60,625 bases of DNA from Vitrella brassicaformis CCMP3155 (Eukaryota > Protista > Chromerida). The position numbers were made by a program, and so were the translations under genes. The stretch lies in NCBI GenBank assembly GCA_001179505.1, contig CDMY01000516.1, positions 1 to 60,625 of the forward strand. Direction: 5' to 3'. The notes beneath the pieces are model-generated. The model made no database searches. It saw only the letters and a list, made by a program, of their open reading frames with translations, and was not told the DNA's origin. Shown piece after piece: positions 41,925-54,411 of the stretch (position 1 is the stretch's first letter; every line of letters begins with the position of its first letter).

Positions 41925-44900
41925 ATGGGGCAGCGCAGGGGTGGTCGCCTGTGCCTGTCAGGGCTGCTCTTCCTCTCATCTTTCGCTCTGCATCGAACGG
42001 TGACTGCAGAAGACTCAGCGCAGGCAGGTGAGAAAGGTCCTGTCTGCACCAACTGCAAGGACAGACCCTTTCATTTGCAGTGTGCCTTTGATTCAGGGGC
42101 CAGTGTTCCTCCTGACGATGGCGGTGCAGCAGAGGAGGTGTCGGACCTTCAGCTGTCTGGTGGATCCACCTCTGCTCCACTCCTGGACTCGGACTTCGCA
42201 GCAGGTGGCGTCGAGTTGAGTTTCAACATCCTGGCGAGTGAGGCGGCCAGCGACATTGAGGCGCCCTCCAGCTGCCCCAAGGACGCCATCGTGTTGGCTC
42301 TCGACGAGCACGGCAAAGGCACGCTGGCGTGGCCGGAAGGCGAAGCCATGAACTGGAGACCGACACCAGTATATGAGGCCCATATCAAGGCGGCGAGCAT
42401 AGGCATGGAGGCCATGACCATGGCGCGGAAGAACCGGGGAAAGCAGACACAGGCTCAAGAAAAAGAGGGGGACCAACGGCCAAGGGGCATGCGGACGCCT
42501 GATGGTCTCACGTTCGGTTGCCGCGCTATTGGGATGAACAGAGTTGTCCTGCCGATCGACGGGGACAAGTGTGAGGTCGACGTCCTTGTCGCAGGTAGGT
42601 GAGCCAAAGCGTCATTCGCAGCACCATCCCATTCTGCCCCTTTGAGCCGTGCAGACACCACCCCTCCTAGGCTTGACTGCCGCAAGGAAGTGCTGCTGTC
42701 AATCGACAGAACATCCAACAGGGCGACCCTCAATGCCTCACAGATCCTCAACGCAGCCATCACGGACAACTGTTCGCCCCCTTCAGACCAAGAGAAGGAG
42801 GCTTCAGTCGCCCTCTTCAATGGTATCGTCAGCCAGGCGGAGTTCTCATGCGGCGATGTCGGCAAGAACGGCACAACGGTGGAGGTGAAAGCCGTGGACG
42901 TGTCGGGCAATGAAGCCACGTGCCAGACCAACGTTATCGTCAAAGGTAGATAGGTACAAGGCAGCGAGGGTGCGTATCCGCTCCTCTCCTCCCTCCTCTG
43001 CACTGCATGTGTGTGCAGATGAGGTCCCTCCCGTGCTGGAATGTGAGAGGAGCATCACGCTGCGGCTCAACCAGACAGGCCAGGCATCCCTGGCACCGTC
43101 AGACCTCGGCGCCGCCACCGACAACTGCGCTGCCGCAGCGAGTGACGTCACTTACGTGTTGAGCAAGACGGAGGTTGGATGCGAGGAATCGTTTGGGGAC
43201 TACCCGTTCCCCGTCACACTCAGCGCCCTCGATGCTGCCGGAAACGTCGACAAGTGCGTCGCGACTGTGCAAGTGAAAGGTGACGCACGTACGAGCACAT
43301 TCACAGACATGTGGACACGTGTGGGCTCTCTCTCTCTCTCCCTCTGTCTGTGCGTGTGTGGGTGTGTGTGCACAGAGGACTTGCCCCCCGATCTTGAGTG
43401 TGCGAAAGACAGCCCCCCGACAGTCCAGCTGAATGAGAAGGGCAAGGGATGGCTGGAGGTGAAGGATGTGGCAGAGGCCTGCGCTCCCAGGGACAACTGC
43501 AATGTGGTTGTCAACGACAGCATGTACCTGGACAGGTGGGAGTTCAACTGCAGCGACCTCGGCGAACAGACTGTTATGTTTGGGATGGACGACACACACG
43601 GCAACAAACTGGAAAAGAACATCACCGTCAGAGTCGAAGGTAATGACAGAATTGTCAACGATACCTGTCACCCCGGAAATGGTGCATGTCACGTCAGATC
43701 CCCATCTCCCGACGGCCGAGTGCGACGACGTCGTGCTCTCCGTAGACCAGGAGGGCAAGGCGTACACGAGCGGCATCACGGTTGGCTCCCGGAGTCAGGA
43801 CAACTGCGGGATGCACAGGATGGACGTCAGCAGAAAAGTCTTCACCTGCGACGATGTGGGCAAGCACGAGCTGCAGCTGTGGGTCAAGGACGAGACGGAC
43901 AACCAAGGCCAGTGCAAGGCCAAAGTCGTCATCAAAGGTGGCTGGGGGTGGGGTGGGGTGGGGTGGGTGTCAGAGGGAGGGAGACACCAGCCGGACACGA
44001 GCACACACACAGAGAGCTCTGCCCTCCTTTGTGTGTCATGTGTGTGTGCCAGACGACTCCCCTCCCGCCCCTCTCACCTGCAGCGACATCACCATCCCCT
44101 TCCCCTCCGACCCTTCCGCCACCAACGTCACACTCGACGACTGGATGGCCTCCTACCTCGTCATCAGCTCACACGACAACTGCCCACTCCGAGCCACAAT
44201 CGACCGCGACAACATTTTCACACGCGACGAGGTCGGCACCACAGTGACGGTCAAGGTGGAGGCCGAGGACGTCGGGGGCAACAAGGCGCCGGGCGATCCC
44301 TGCACGGCCAACGTCACGATAGAGCGGCCCTTCGCGTGGCCGAAGGCGGCATCGAGGGTCGAGAAAGACGCGGCCATGGAGGCGGCGATTGAGGATTTGG
44401 TGGGTCGGATGACGCTGAAGGAGAAGGTCAGCCAGATGGTCATGACGCTGCAGTCGTCGGTCGAGCCGGAGCAGCTCACGGACTGGCCACTCGGGGCCGT
44501 TCTCTCTGGTAAATTGAACAGGCCAAAGCCGTTCTGTCGATGCACTCGTACAATCCTCTCGCATTTCCTGGCTGCAGGAGGCGGCTCTTTCGTCGGTGAC
44601 AATGAGCCCGCGGAGTGGGTGGCACGCGCACAAGCCTTCCACGACGCTCTGGTCAACATTCCAAAGGCAACGCAGCAGCGCCTGAACCGCACCAGGGGCA
44701 TCCCACTCGGATGGGCCACGGACGCCGTGCACGGCCACAGTGTCTTGGACCACGCCACACTGTTCCCCCACAACATTGGCCTTGGCTGTGCCAACGACAC
44801 CGACCTGCTCGAGAGGATCGGAGTTGCAACTGCCCAGCAAGTGGCTGCGACTGGCGTGGACTGGGCACTTGCGCCGGCGCTGAGCGTCCCCGAGAGCGTT

Positions 44901-46790
44901 CGCTGGGGACGGGTTTTTGAGGGCTACTCTGGTCAGTTGATTCAGGGCTCACTCCTGGCACACAGGCGGTCGTTGTCTTCTCTCTGCAGAGGACGTCTAT
45001 ACGGTCACCCACCTGGCGAGGTCGCTCATCAGGGGACTGCAGGTACATCCATCCATCCATCGGGCCGCACACACGATGTGTGGTGTCATGTGTGCAGGGT
45101 GTGGTCAGGGTCAGCTCTAACGAAGCGTCTGCCGACGGTGCACAAGAGACACCAGCCCCATCAGGACAGCGTCGTCTGGCCGGCGGCAGACACCTCCGTG
45201 AACCTGATGATGAGGGAAAGGACCATCGTCTCTTAGCGCCTGATGAAGATAAGGGTTCAGACGAGGGATTCCTGGGGCCGGCCAAGGTGATAGCCACAGC
45301 CAAGCACTGGCTTGCCGAGGGGGCGACGATGTGGGGACAGGACGTGGGAAACACAGTGGCCTCGCAGAAGACCCTGCTCTACAAACACGCCAAGCCGTAG
45401 GCACATTCGTGGACGGCTGGGAGGATGGTGTGGTGTGATGGTGTCTGTTATGTGTGTGTGTGTGTGTGTGTGCAGGTACTACCCAGCCATAGAAGAGGGT
45501 GTGCAGACTATCATGGTGGCAATGGGCTCTGTCAACGGCCGCAGGCTCCACGCGGACAAGTACTTCGTCACTGACGTGCTCAAGGGTCAGCTCGGCTTCG
45601 ACGGCATTGTGCTGGGGGACTGGTCGGCCCACCAGTTCATCCCCGGCTGCTCGTACTACGGCTGCACACCAGCCGTCAACTCTGGCATCGACATCTTCAT
45701 GGCCACCTACCCCGAGCACTGGCAGAAGTTCATTGAGAACACGATGGATGCCGTCGACAGCAGGGAGATAGCCATGTCGCGGATTGACGACGCCGTCAGC
45801 CGCATCCTGCGTGTCAAGATGAGATTCGGCATCCTCAGCATCGACCCATCGGAGCCACCACGGCGTCCATCACCGAATGAGCGAGCGGCTGTGACACAGG
45901 CCAAGAAGGTGGGCTTCGACAAGTTCTTCCAGTCGGCGGAGCACGCGCTGCTGGCCCGTGAGGCGGTGCGCAAGTCCCTGGTGCTGCTCAAGAACAATAA
46001 GGGCCCCTCCCTGCTGCCCCTGCGACGACACCAGCACGTTCTCGTTATCGGCAACGGCGCAGACAACCTCGGCGTCCAAGCGGGAGGGTGGTCCATCTAT
46101 TGGCAGGGCATTGCATCGAGCACGAGCGAGCTGGCCAAACAGCACTGGTTCAAGCAGGGGGTGACGCTGTACCAGGGCCTCCAGCAGCGTGTGGACAATG
46201 GCCGGGTTTTGCTCGGTGGCCCTGTTGCTGCTGACATCCCCAAGGATGGCGAATTCGACGTGGCTGTGGTGGCGGTGGGTGAGCGGCCCTATGCCGAGTA
46301 CAAGGGCGATCTGGCCTTCCCCAAGACAATTCGCTTCGAGGCCACACAAGGGGGTATCGACGCCCTCAACATCATCCGCAAGCTGAGAGCCATGCGGCCC
46401 GGCGTGCCGATTGTGACGGTCCTATTCACTGGGCGGCCTGTGATGGCCAACCAGATCATCAACCTCTCGGACGCAGTCGTCGCGGCCTGGCTGCCCGGCA
46501 GCATGGGCGGCAAGGGCATCGCCGATGTGCTTGTGGAGGGCACCGGGCTGGACTTCAGCGGCAGGCTGGCCTACACATGGCCTATGCATCCCTGTGATGA
46601 CGCATTGGGGGGAGTGGGGGGTGTGGATGGTGTCGAGACGCCTTTTCCCTTTGGGCATGGACTGACGATGCGAGGGTGGGATGGGCAGAGGGACAGGGTG
46701 GAGCGGCTGGATGCGTACGCTGACATTTATCGGTGTGAGGTGCCTGAGGGATTCGCAATCAGCAAGCACAGAGCGCTACGGGAAGAGTAG
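41925..46790 (+). CDS. Secreted GH3 beta-glucosidase/exo-beta-glucanase with about 6 N-terminal HYR-like Ig repeats
   Basis: Signal peptide, then repeats D..PP...C..V.L...G...DNC..F.C.D.G...V...D..GN..C...V.V. GH3 motifs: MTLKEKVSQM, TDAVHGH, LFPHNIGLG, RWGRVFEGYSED, AKHW, GFDGIVLGDW (nucleophile), VGERPYAEYKGD (acid/base), AWLPGS. Confidence 0.93.
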
Positions 46791-46894
46791 ACAGCGCAAG
46801 TGGGGGTGGTGTGCGTGTATGTCCCTATCTATCATTCATCGTGGTGTCTGTTAGTCAACACAATTAGTCGGTCGGCATCCCATCCTGTCTGTCT

Positions 46895-47194
46895 NNNNNN
46901 NNNNNNNNNNNNNNNNNNNNNNNNNNNNNNNNNNNNNNNNNNNNNNNNNNNNNNNNNNNNNNNNNNNNNNNNNNNNNNNNNNNNNNNNNNNNNNNNNNNN
47001 NNNNNNNNNNNNNNNNNNNNNNNNNNNNNNNNNNNNNNNNNNNNNNNNNNNNNNNNNNNNNNNNNNNNNNNNNNNNNNNNNNNNNNNNNNNNNNNNNNNN
47101 NNNNNNNNNNNNNNNNNNNNNNNNNNNNNNNNNNNNNNNNNNNNNNNNNNNNNNNNNNNNNNNNNNNNNNNNNNNNNNNNNNNNNNNNNNNNNN
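46895..47194. other. Assembly gap (300 N)
   Basis: N run. Confidence 1.
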
Positions 47195-47270
47195 GGCCTC
47201 GATGCGATGCATACCATAGGTACGGGCATGGGCATGCGGTGCAGTGCATCTATGTGTGCACACATTACCT

Positions 47271-50200
47271 TCATAAGGGTATTTGTGGATCGACCCATGA
47301 GGGCATGCAGGGCTGCCGTATACGGGTGCGTGCCTGTGGGTGTGAGGAATTCATCGACGAGTGAACTGAGCCCAAAAAGCATATCACAGAAATGTCACAT
47401 GCATCACACCACAACGCAGCACAACAACCGCCTATGTCTGTCCGAATCTTACACTCCCTATTTATTTCCGCAGCGTCTTCCTCGCGGCACCTGGTCACAG
47501 AGGACATGTGCATTCGAGCCTTGTCTCCCATCCGTCCTGCTCGCTCACCGAGCTCCGCTCTCCTGGCTGTGGCTGCGAACTGCAGCGACGTGATGGTGTC
47601 CTTGACGGCGGCTTGGCTGGGCGACACATGCAGCAGTATCACACACTTGGCCGACTCGCCTGCAGACAGGGCGAAAAAGTCGTGTCGTGCATGTCTCTCT
47701 TTTTCCTGATGCCACGTGCCCACCACCCACCAAGGGTGTCTTTGAGGAGCATCGTGAGCTTGGACTTGTCATAGGGCACAGAGGCCTCCTTCTTGCTCAG
47801 CGACTGGCACACACACGCCTCAATCGTGTCTCGGTTGGCCTGCCTGTGTACTCACACACACCTACCTGAATGACGTCTCTGAAGGCGCTGACGCCTGCCT
47901 TCCTGACCACCAGCTCAGAGCCAGCCAGCTGCACCATCGTCAGCTTGCCTGAAGAGCTGGCGGCCCCCTCAGCTGCAGGGGCGATCTTCGCGCGAACCGT
48001 CACGATGCTGCAATTACATCACGCAGAGAGCACTTAGACGGCACAATCGCGTGTGGCTCTCTGTCGTCCCTTCGCTCACAGGTTCGATTTGGCTGAGTGC
48101 TCCTCCATGTTTTTGGCGAGGGTTGCACGGTGGGCAGAGGCCTCAGACAACACAGCTAAGGCCTGATGGTGAGGAAGATGGATTATCGATGTGTGAGGAC
48201 CTCAAACGGCAAAGTGGATGGATGGCGTAGGTGTGTGTGTGCCTACCTCCTCGCCACTATTGACTGTCCGCTCGGTCAGCCCAGGCACACTCGAGTCCTG
48301 ATGACAAGACAAGCAGCATCACATACCAATCCAGAAGGCAGAGACGGGAGAGGAGATGTGTTAGCCCACCTCTCACCTCTTTGACGGCCAGCTTTTTGGA
48401 TCTTGGGTCGCCGCGCAGCAGGTCATGCACATCATCGTTGTGCACCTCTACGCGAACGACACACACACAGAATCCGCGACATGCACAGAGAGCTGAGGTG
48501 GTCTGTTGGCAGCAAGTAAGAGTACCTATGGCCGCCATGGTGATTTGGACCCTGCCCTCCGCCGCCCGTGAGTCTCTCACGGCAAACAGCTCCGCCAACG
48601 CTGAAAGGTACATGCAGACAGCAACAGGAAGCATGATTGTGCATTCTTGTAAACACGATTGCCGTCCTCCTCACATCGACTCATGAGCCCTGGGGTGTCG
48701 GGAGTGCCCATCTGCAGAGGTGGAAAGAGCGGCCAAGCACAACCATCAGGTCGCTGTGTTGCTCCGTGGTCGTGAGTACCATCGTCTCTGTCTTGTTGGT
48801 GCCCGTGGGGCCATATGCGATGACACTTGCGTTGAACCCGTCAAGCACCGACAAGACCACACCACGGCAGCGCTCAAACACGACATCTGCACACACACAC
48901 ACAATACGCCAGCATCAGCATGCAATCCGCACCCACCTGTGTCTCGTCTCAACCGATCTATCTGCCCACTCACCTTGGCCGTCTGCCGGTCCAAGCACCC
49001 CATCGACATCGAATGACTGTACATTTGTGTCAGCATCGGTGTAGATGCTCAGGCGGCTCTCATCCTCAACCAGGGTGGTCGCACGGCCCTTCGGCTCATG
49101 ACGCTGCAGACATACATACGTTCATTGATCAGGACGTGCAATCCAGCACAGCTAGATCAAGATGGTTTGGGGATGTGCAGTCGCTGACCGCCTCGTCGGC
49201 TGTGAGGGGCCGAATCCTCGCGAAGAGACGGATGTTGCCCTTGGCCTCGAGCAGCTGCAGACAATGCAGAACAAGCGACATGCCGCGCCGCGTGCTACTG
49301 TGTGAGAAATGATCGCAGTCAATACCTGGTTGAGCATGTCTCTCCGCTCGGCCATCATCGCCTGGATCCTATAGACATCCATCCATCCACCCTCACTTTT
49401 CAACCAGAGATGGCGTGGGCATCCATCCATCCACCATCCTGTGACGTGACCGACCTGTCATCCTTAGCCGCAATGAGAGCACTCTGCTCTTCCAACGCAC
49501 CCTGATAACCAGGAGACACAAGGCATGGCGGGAGCCATCCAGGCAGACGTCTTTGTGCCGCTCACCGCGAGGTTTGGTAGCAGCACGTTGAGGACTTCGT
49601 CGCGATTCCTCTCCATCTCAGACCTCACCCGACGGTTGTCAGACCTGCACCACACGCATACACACACACGCACGCACGCACACACACTTAGACACATGTT
49701 GATCACATCAATTTTCCTGGCCTCCCCCCCTACCTGAGGCGCAGCACGGACGAGCGGAGAGACTGGACAGTCGGCACAGACCCGGGAGGAATGTGAATCG
49801 GCCTGAATGGATGCAGCAGATGCAGCAATGGGCGTTGTGTATCCGCCGCACGGGTATGTGTTGTGTGCGATGTTGTCAGCTGACTCAGTCTCATAGAGTT
49901 CTGGCGCGTCGGTGGGTGGTGGCATGTGTGCAACGTCGTCTAGAAAGGGGTCAATAGCAATGTCTTGAGGGCCGGCTGTGCTGGGAGGGAGCTGGCTCGC
50001 TCCCTCGCTACTCTCATCGTCCTCACCCGCTAGCACGGGCGACGACCGGACCGCTGCCAGCGTGGGGGACGCATCGGCAGCTGTCTGGTGCTCGGCCTCG
50101 TCCAAGGCTTGCCTCAACTGACACACAGACAACACACATCACGCAGACAATGTGGCTGCCCTCGCCTGTGTGAGGGTGTGGTGTGTGAGAGTGCGGCGCA

Positions 50201-51586
50201 CTGACGGCGTCGTTTTCAATCTGCAGTTGGAGGACATCTGTTGCCGGTTCCAAGAGCATGGTGGACCTCCTTCTCGCCTGGTCGGCCACGGTGGTGAGAC
50301 GTCGTGTGATGAATGTCTTGAGGGTCACTCCCTCCCTCTGTGCGCTCTGCCGCAGCTTGAGGATGGCCTTGCGCCACAGGAACTGCGCATCGGACATGGC
50401 GGGCAGCATGCCGGCCGGTGGCGGCACATTGGCACGCACTATGGCGCGCTGCAGCCCCAACACCCATATACGGAGCTGCGCAGAAAAAAGACACAATTGT
50501 CGGTGTCTCTCTCCGCGTGTGGAAGTGTGTCTCTTTGTTCTGGCTTGCCTCGTGTTCGTGAATGCACGCAAGGTCGACGGTCCGGTCTGCGAGTATGAGT
50601 GAGAAGCACATGAACGAGGGGTCCTCCAGGTAGCTGCTCCGGAGGAAGGTGCTCGTCACGGGGCCGTACACCACACCCAAAACCTCCTCGAAACCGACCT
50701 GATGACATGAAGTATCATGCCATGCCAACCGTCGCACAGACACCGACATTTGTTTTATTTTGGTCTTGCGTGCGTCTGTACCTCTGAGAAGGAGCCGCCC
50801 TTTTTGTTGGCCCATCTGAGTTTCCTGCCCTCGTCCGCCAGCCACACGTACACCTGCTTCCTCTTGTAGTTCCCATAGTTATACTTGTGCAAGTAAGACC
50901 CATTCTGCCAAGAAACAAGCATTGCATTCACTCAGACAGGGGCGGTGGGACAGCAGACATGCACACACAACAAAAGCACTGACCGCGAGTCCTTCGGCGA
51001 GCAGTTCGGTTTTCCTTGTCTCGGTTTTGATGGATGCCTCGATGGCTTCCCACCACCTGTCAAAGTCGGCCTCCGTCTCAGCCGTCAACACGTACTCGAC
51101 CGAACGAGGCAGCGTCGCATTCAGCTGCACACATACATTCACACATCCACACAGGCATGACAGACAGTCATGCAGAGTCTTCGAGTGTGTCCCTACCGTG
51201 ATTGTTTTCAGCCCTCTCTTTTCCAGCGCCGCCCCATTGAAAAGGTACACGCCCTCACGCAGCACCTTCCTGGTGCCGAAGCTCATCAGCTGGAACCGCC
51301 GCAGCTCCCCGCTCCTCAGCACAAAGTACTCATCGGCCGAGGTCTCCTCGTTCAGAAGGTTGCCCCGACACTCGATGACGGGGAATCGTGGGAGGGCAGT
51401 GATGCATGAGGGGGGGATGATGGCTTTGGAGGGGACGCGCATGGTGCTCCTCCGCTTGTTGAGGGGCTGCGTGTTGACGGACCGCACGGAGGCGTCGAGT
51501 TCGCCATCGGTGTAGTCCTTGGAGACGGGTGCGGCCACAGTCACTGATGTGATGGACGCACGAGAGGCACGAGCTGCTTTCGCCAT
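47271..51586 (-). CDS. Kinesin-14-like protein (C-terminal motor) with two N-terminal PH domains and degenerate nucleotide motifs; 3' end approximate
   Basis: PH1: EYFVLRSGEL..YVLTAETEADFDRWWEAI. PH2: YLHKYNYG..LRW..YGPVTSTF..CFSLILADRTVDL. Neck: AERRDMLNQLLEAKGNIRLFARIRPL. Motor: LDGFNASVIAYGPTGTNKT, GKLTMVQLAGSE, VPYDKSKLTMLLKDTLG, VSPS..DTITSLQFA. Confidence 0.85.
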
Positions 51587-51737
51587 CGTAACTCTCGATA
51601 GGGCCCCCAGGAGAAACAGAGAGAAATAATGAAATAATATGAGAAATAATGAGAAGGAACAAAGTTGTTGAGAATACACCACTGTACACCCAGAGACGTC
51701 CATGAATGCACCTCCCGTCTCCCTAGCCCGCCCCCTG

Positions 51738-53828
51738 TCACACAGCTCTCTGCCCCATGTAGGCCACCTGCCACACCTCCATCACATCCCACCCACCAGT
51801 AATGGTGTGCATGCTGCCGTGGGATCTTCTCGGGCCGCTAAGAAGGGGCCTCTCTTTCTTGCTAGCTGCAGCTATCTCTGCGTCATGATGAAATGGCGCC
51901 GCAAGGTCGACAAAAAGAGAGTCTACGGTAGTCGCGCCTGCTGTACGCAAGGCACAAAACGCCAACCCCGCCATCCTGTTGCTGACGATGACACCAGATG
52001 TGTCCCCTGTCTTCTTGGTGACGGCGTCGGGGTGGTGTGCGTCGGCCAGCTTGAAGAGAAAGGGAATCGGCTCCTGTGAAGAGCGGTTGTAAGCACTACA
52101 TTCACACACACACACACACAGGAGAGCCAAAGAGAGCAAGGAAACATTTGCTCACAGCCTCAACAAAACGATAGCGTCCAACAGACTTACTCGATGTGAG
52201 GGCCATTCTCGAAGACGCCGCACGGAGCCATTCCGTGTCTGTCTTGAACCCCTTGGGGCTAGCGGCACCCACCACCTCCTCACCCTTCTTCAACAGCAAC
52301 ATCTGCACACCCAGACACAGCCATGCACCATATGTCAACTGTGGCCATTGCTGTCGTCTGCCATACTCACCCAGCCCTTCTCCGCCTCTGGTGCTGGGAT
52401 GCTCGCCAGGAAGGCAGCGCCATCGTACGCGGCTGCCAACGAACAACTGAGGAACAAAGACATCCATATTGCCCAGGTGCTTCCTCCCGCCCATATACAC
52501 CTAAATACGCGTGCGTACCTGTAGGTGCACTGTATGTCCTCTACAGGTCGCTTCCATTCCTCCTCCAGCCAGCCCACAAGCCTATTCAGCTCTGCCCGCC
52601 CTCCCAGCAGCCCCATCCCCGGCCCTCCCATCGACGGTGCGATGCGCTGCACACAGTGCCCATGTGCACCGATGAGACCGAACATCTCGAGTGTCCGGCG
52701 CAGCTCCAGTGTGTCGTTGGCCGATGACTGCTGCGAGAGAAAGATTGTGAGGCATTGGGAGGGTGCAAGGCGGTGTTGGCGGGCGAAGTTGATGGCCTTG
52801 CGGACAATCGCTGGTGACGTGGCGTCCAACGAAGACCTAAGGCAAGAGCAAACAAGCGTTCACACGTGTGTTACCCTTAGCATGTGTCGTGTCCGTACTC
52901 ACCCGTTGAAGCGATTTGCGAACGGCGAGTCGCCCCCGCCACATGCCTCTACAGTGGCCGTGGTCGTGCTGAGAGTCATCCCCACCACACTCAGGCTCAC
53001 TACCCCGACCCCGCTCCCCGTCGACGGCTGCAGCCAGGGCCCGGCCAGCTTCATGCGATCCTCGAGCTGCCGCATGGCACATTTGACGGCATCGATCTGC
53101 GCGTCAATGGCCGCATGCTCCTTCATGTACCCCTCACACACCGACTTGATGCTGTCCATGAGTGCCGCGCTTGACGGCATGGCATCCTGCACTCTGGGGG
53201 TGTGAGGCATGGCTGGTGCGTCCATGGCGTTCACAAACAATACGGCGTCCATGTTTCGGGGAGGGGGGCCGGGGGAGGGGGTGACAGTGGGGAGGGGCTT
53301 GTTGACCAGCACGTCGAAGAAGAAGGCCTCGTCAGGGTCACCGCTGCTTTGCGCCTGACTCGCGCTGCTGCTGCTGCCGTCGTATGTTGCCAGGGCATGG
53401 ATGATCTTCTCGAAGATGCGGTCGTCGAGGTCAAGGAAGATGCGATTGGATCCATTGTCGGTGCAGCGAACCAGCCGTCCGTCGAGATGGCCGCTGAAGA
53501 TGAACGCCAGCAGGCTGTCAGCCTTCTTGGTCAGCCAGCCGCGAGGAATGTCATACGGCGTTCCGCCCGCCGACAGCTGGAGCCTCTCGTTGGCATCACC
53601 GGCGGCATCCTCCTGCCAGCTGATCTCATTCAGCAGCCGCTGCTTGGCGCTCTGCAGCTCCTCAAGGGTCTGTTGCTTGGCTGTGAGGGCTCGTGTGGCG
53701 TCGTCGATGGCGGCAGTGAAAGAGCGGATGGCACGGTCCGCGAAGGCTGGTCGCGACGGAGAGGGGAACTGATCATCGCTGTCACCATCAGGCGGCCCCT
53801 TGCGCTTCTTAAACTCCGACATCATCAC
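51738..53828 (-). CDS. BTB(KCTD-type)-BTB-TLDc-like protein
   Basis: BTB1: LQLSAGGTPYDIPRGWL..SLLAFIFSG..RIFLDLDDRIFEKII. BTB2: VSLSVVGMTLSTTTATV..FANRF..DATSPAIVRKAINFAR. The C-terminal exons are only weakly TLDc-like (CTYS..AAYDG..MLLLKKGEEVVGA). Confidence 0.65.
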
Positions 53829-54411
53829 TGTTTTTCAGTTGCGAGCTGGAAAGGGCGTTTCGATCCGCCAAAGATCTTCGATCCCTGCATCAAATGCCGT
53901 AGATCTTGCGTCATACGAGGTCCTCCGTGCTGGGAAACCTTCGTGTTATGACCGCAGAAGCGACAGATGTCATTCGATCGCAAGAGATGCCGCCTGCTGT
54001 GCCGTGAGAGCCTCGGAGGGCCTTGATCACTGACGGCGGGCGGCACAATGGATGCAGACGAGGCGAGGAAGATCAAAGAAGGCGTTAAACACACACAGCG
54101 CCTTTCACCTTTCGGCTGCTGTGTGTGTTGCTTGGTTGTTTGATGCAGCAGCGGCAGCTTCGGGAGGATGCTCAGTTGGCGAGCGACAGCCTGAAACGCC
54201 TCATGCAACTTCAGACAAAGGTATTTAGGCCAAACACAGCAGCCACATGCTCTCAGTCACTCACCGCTGCCACTGCCTTCTCTCTCTTAGGTTGATGAAC
54301 ACCTCACGCAGATCAAGCAGCGGACGGAGCCTGACAATAAGGACACAGTGGTATGAATCATTACCTTCGCCTCACCCCTCTTTCTGATGAATCACGCGTT
54401 TTGCTTTCTGG

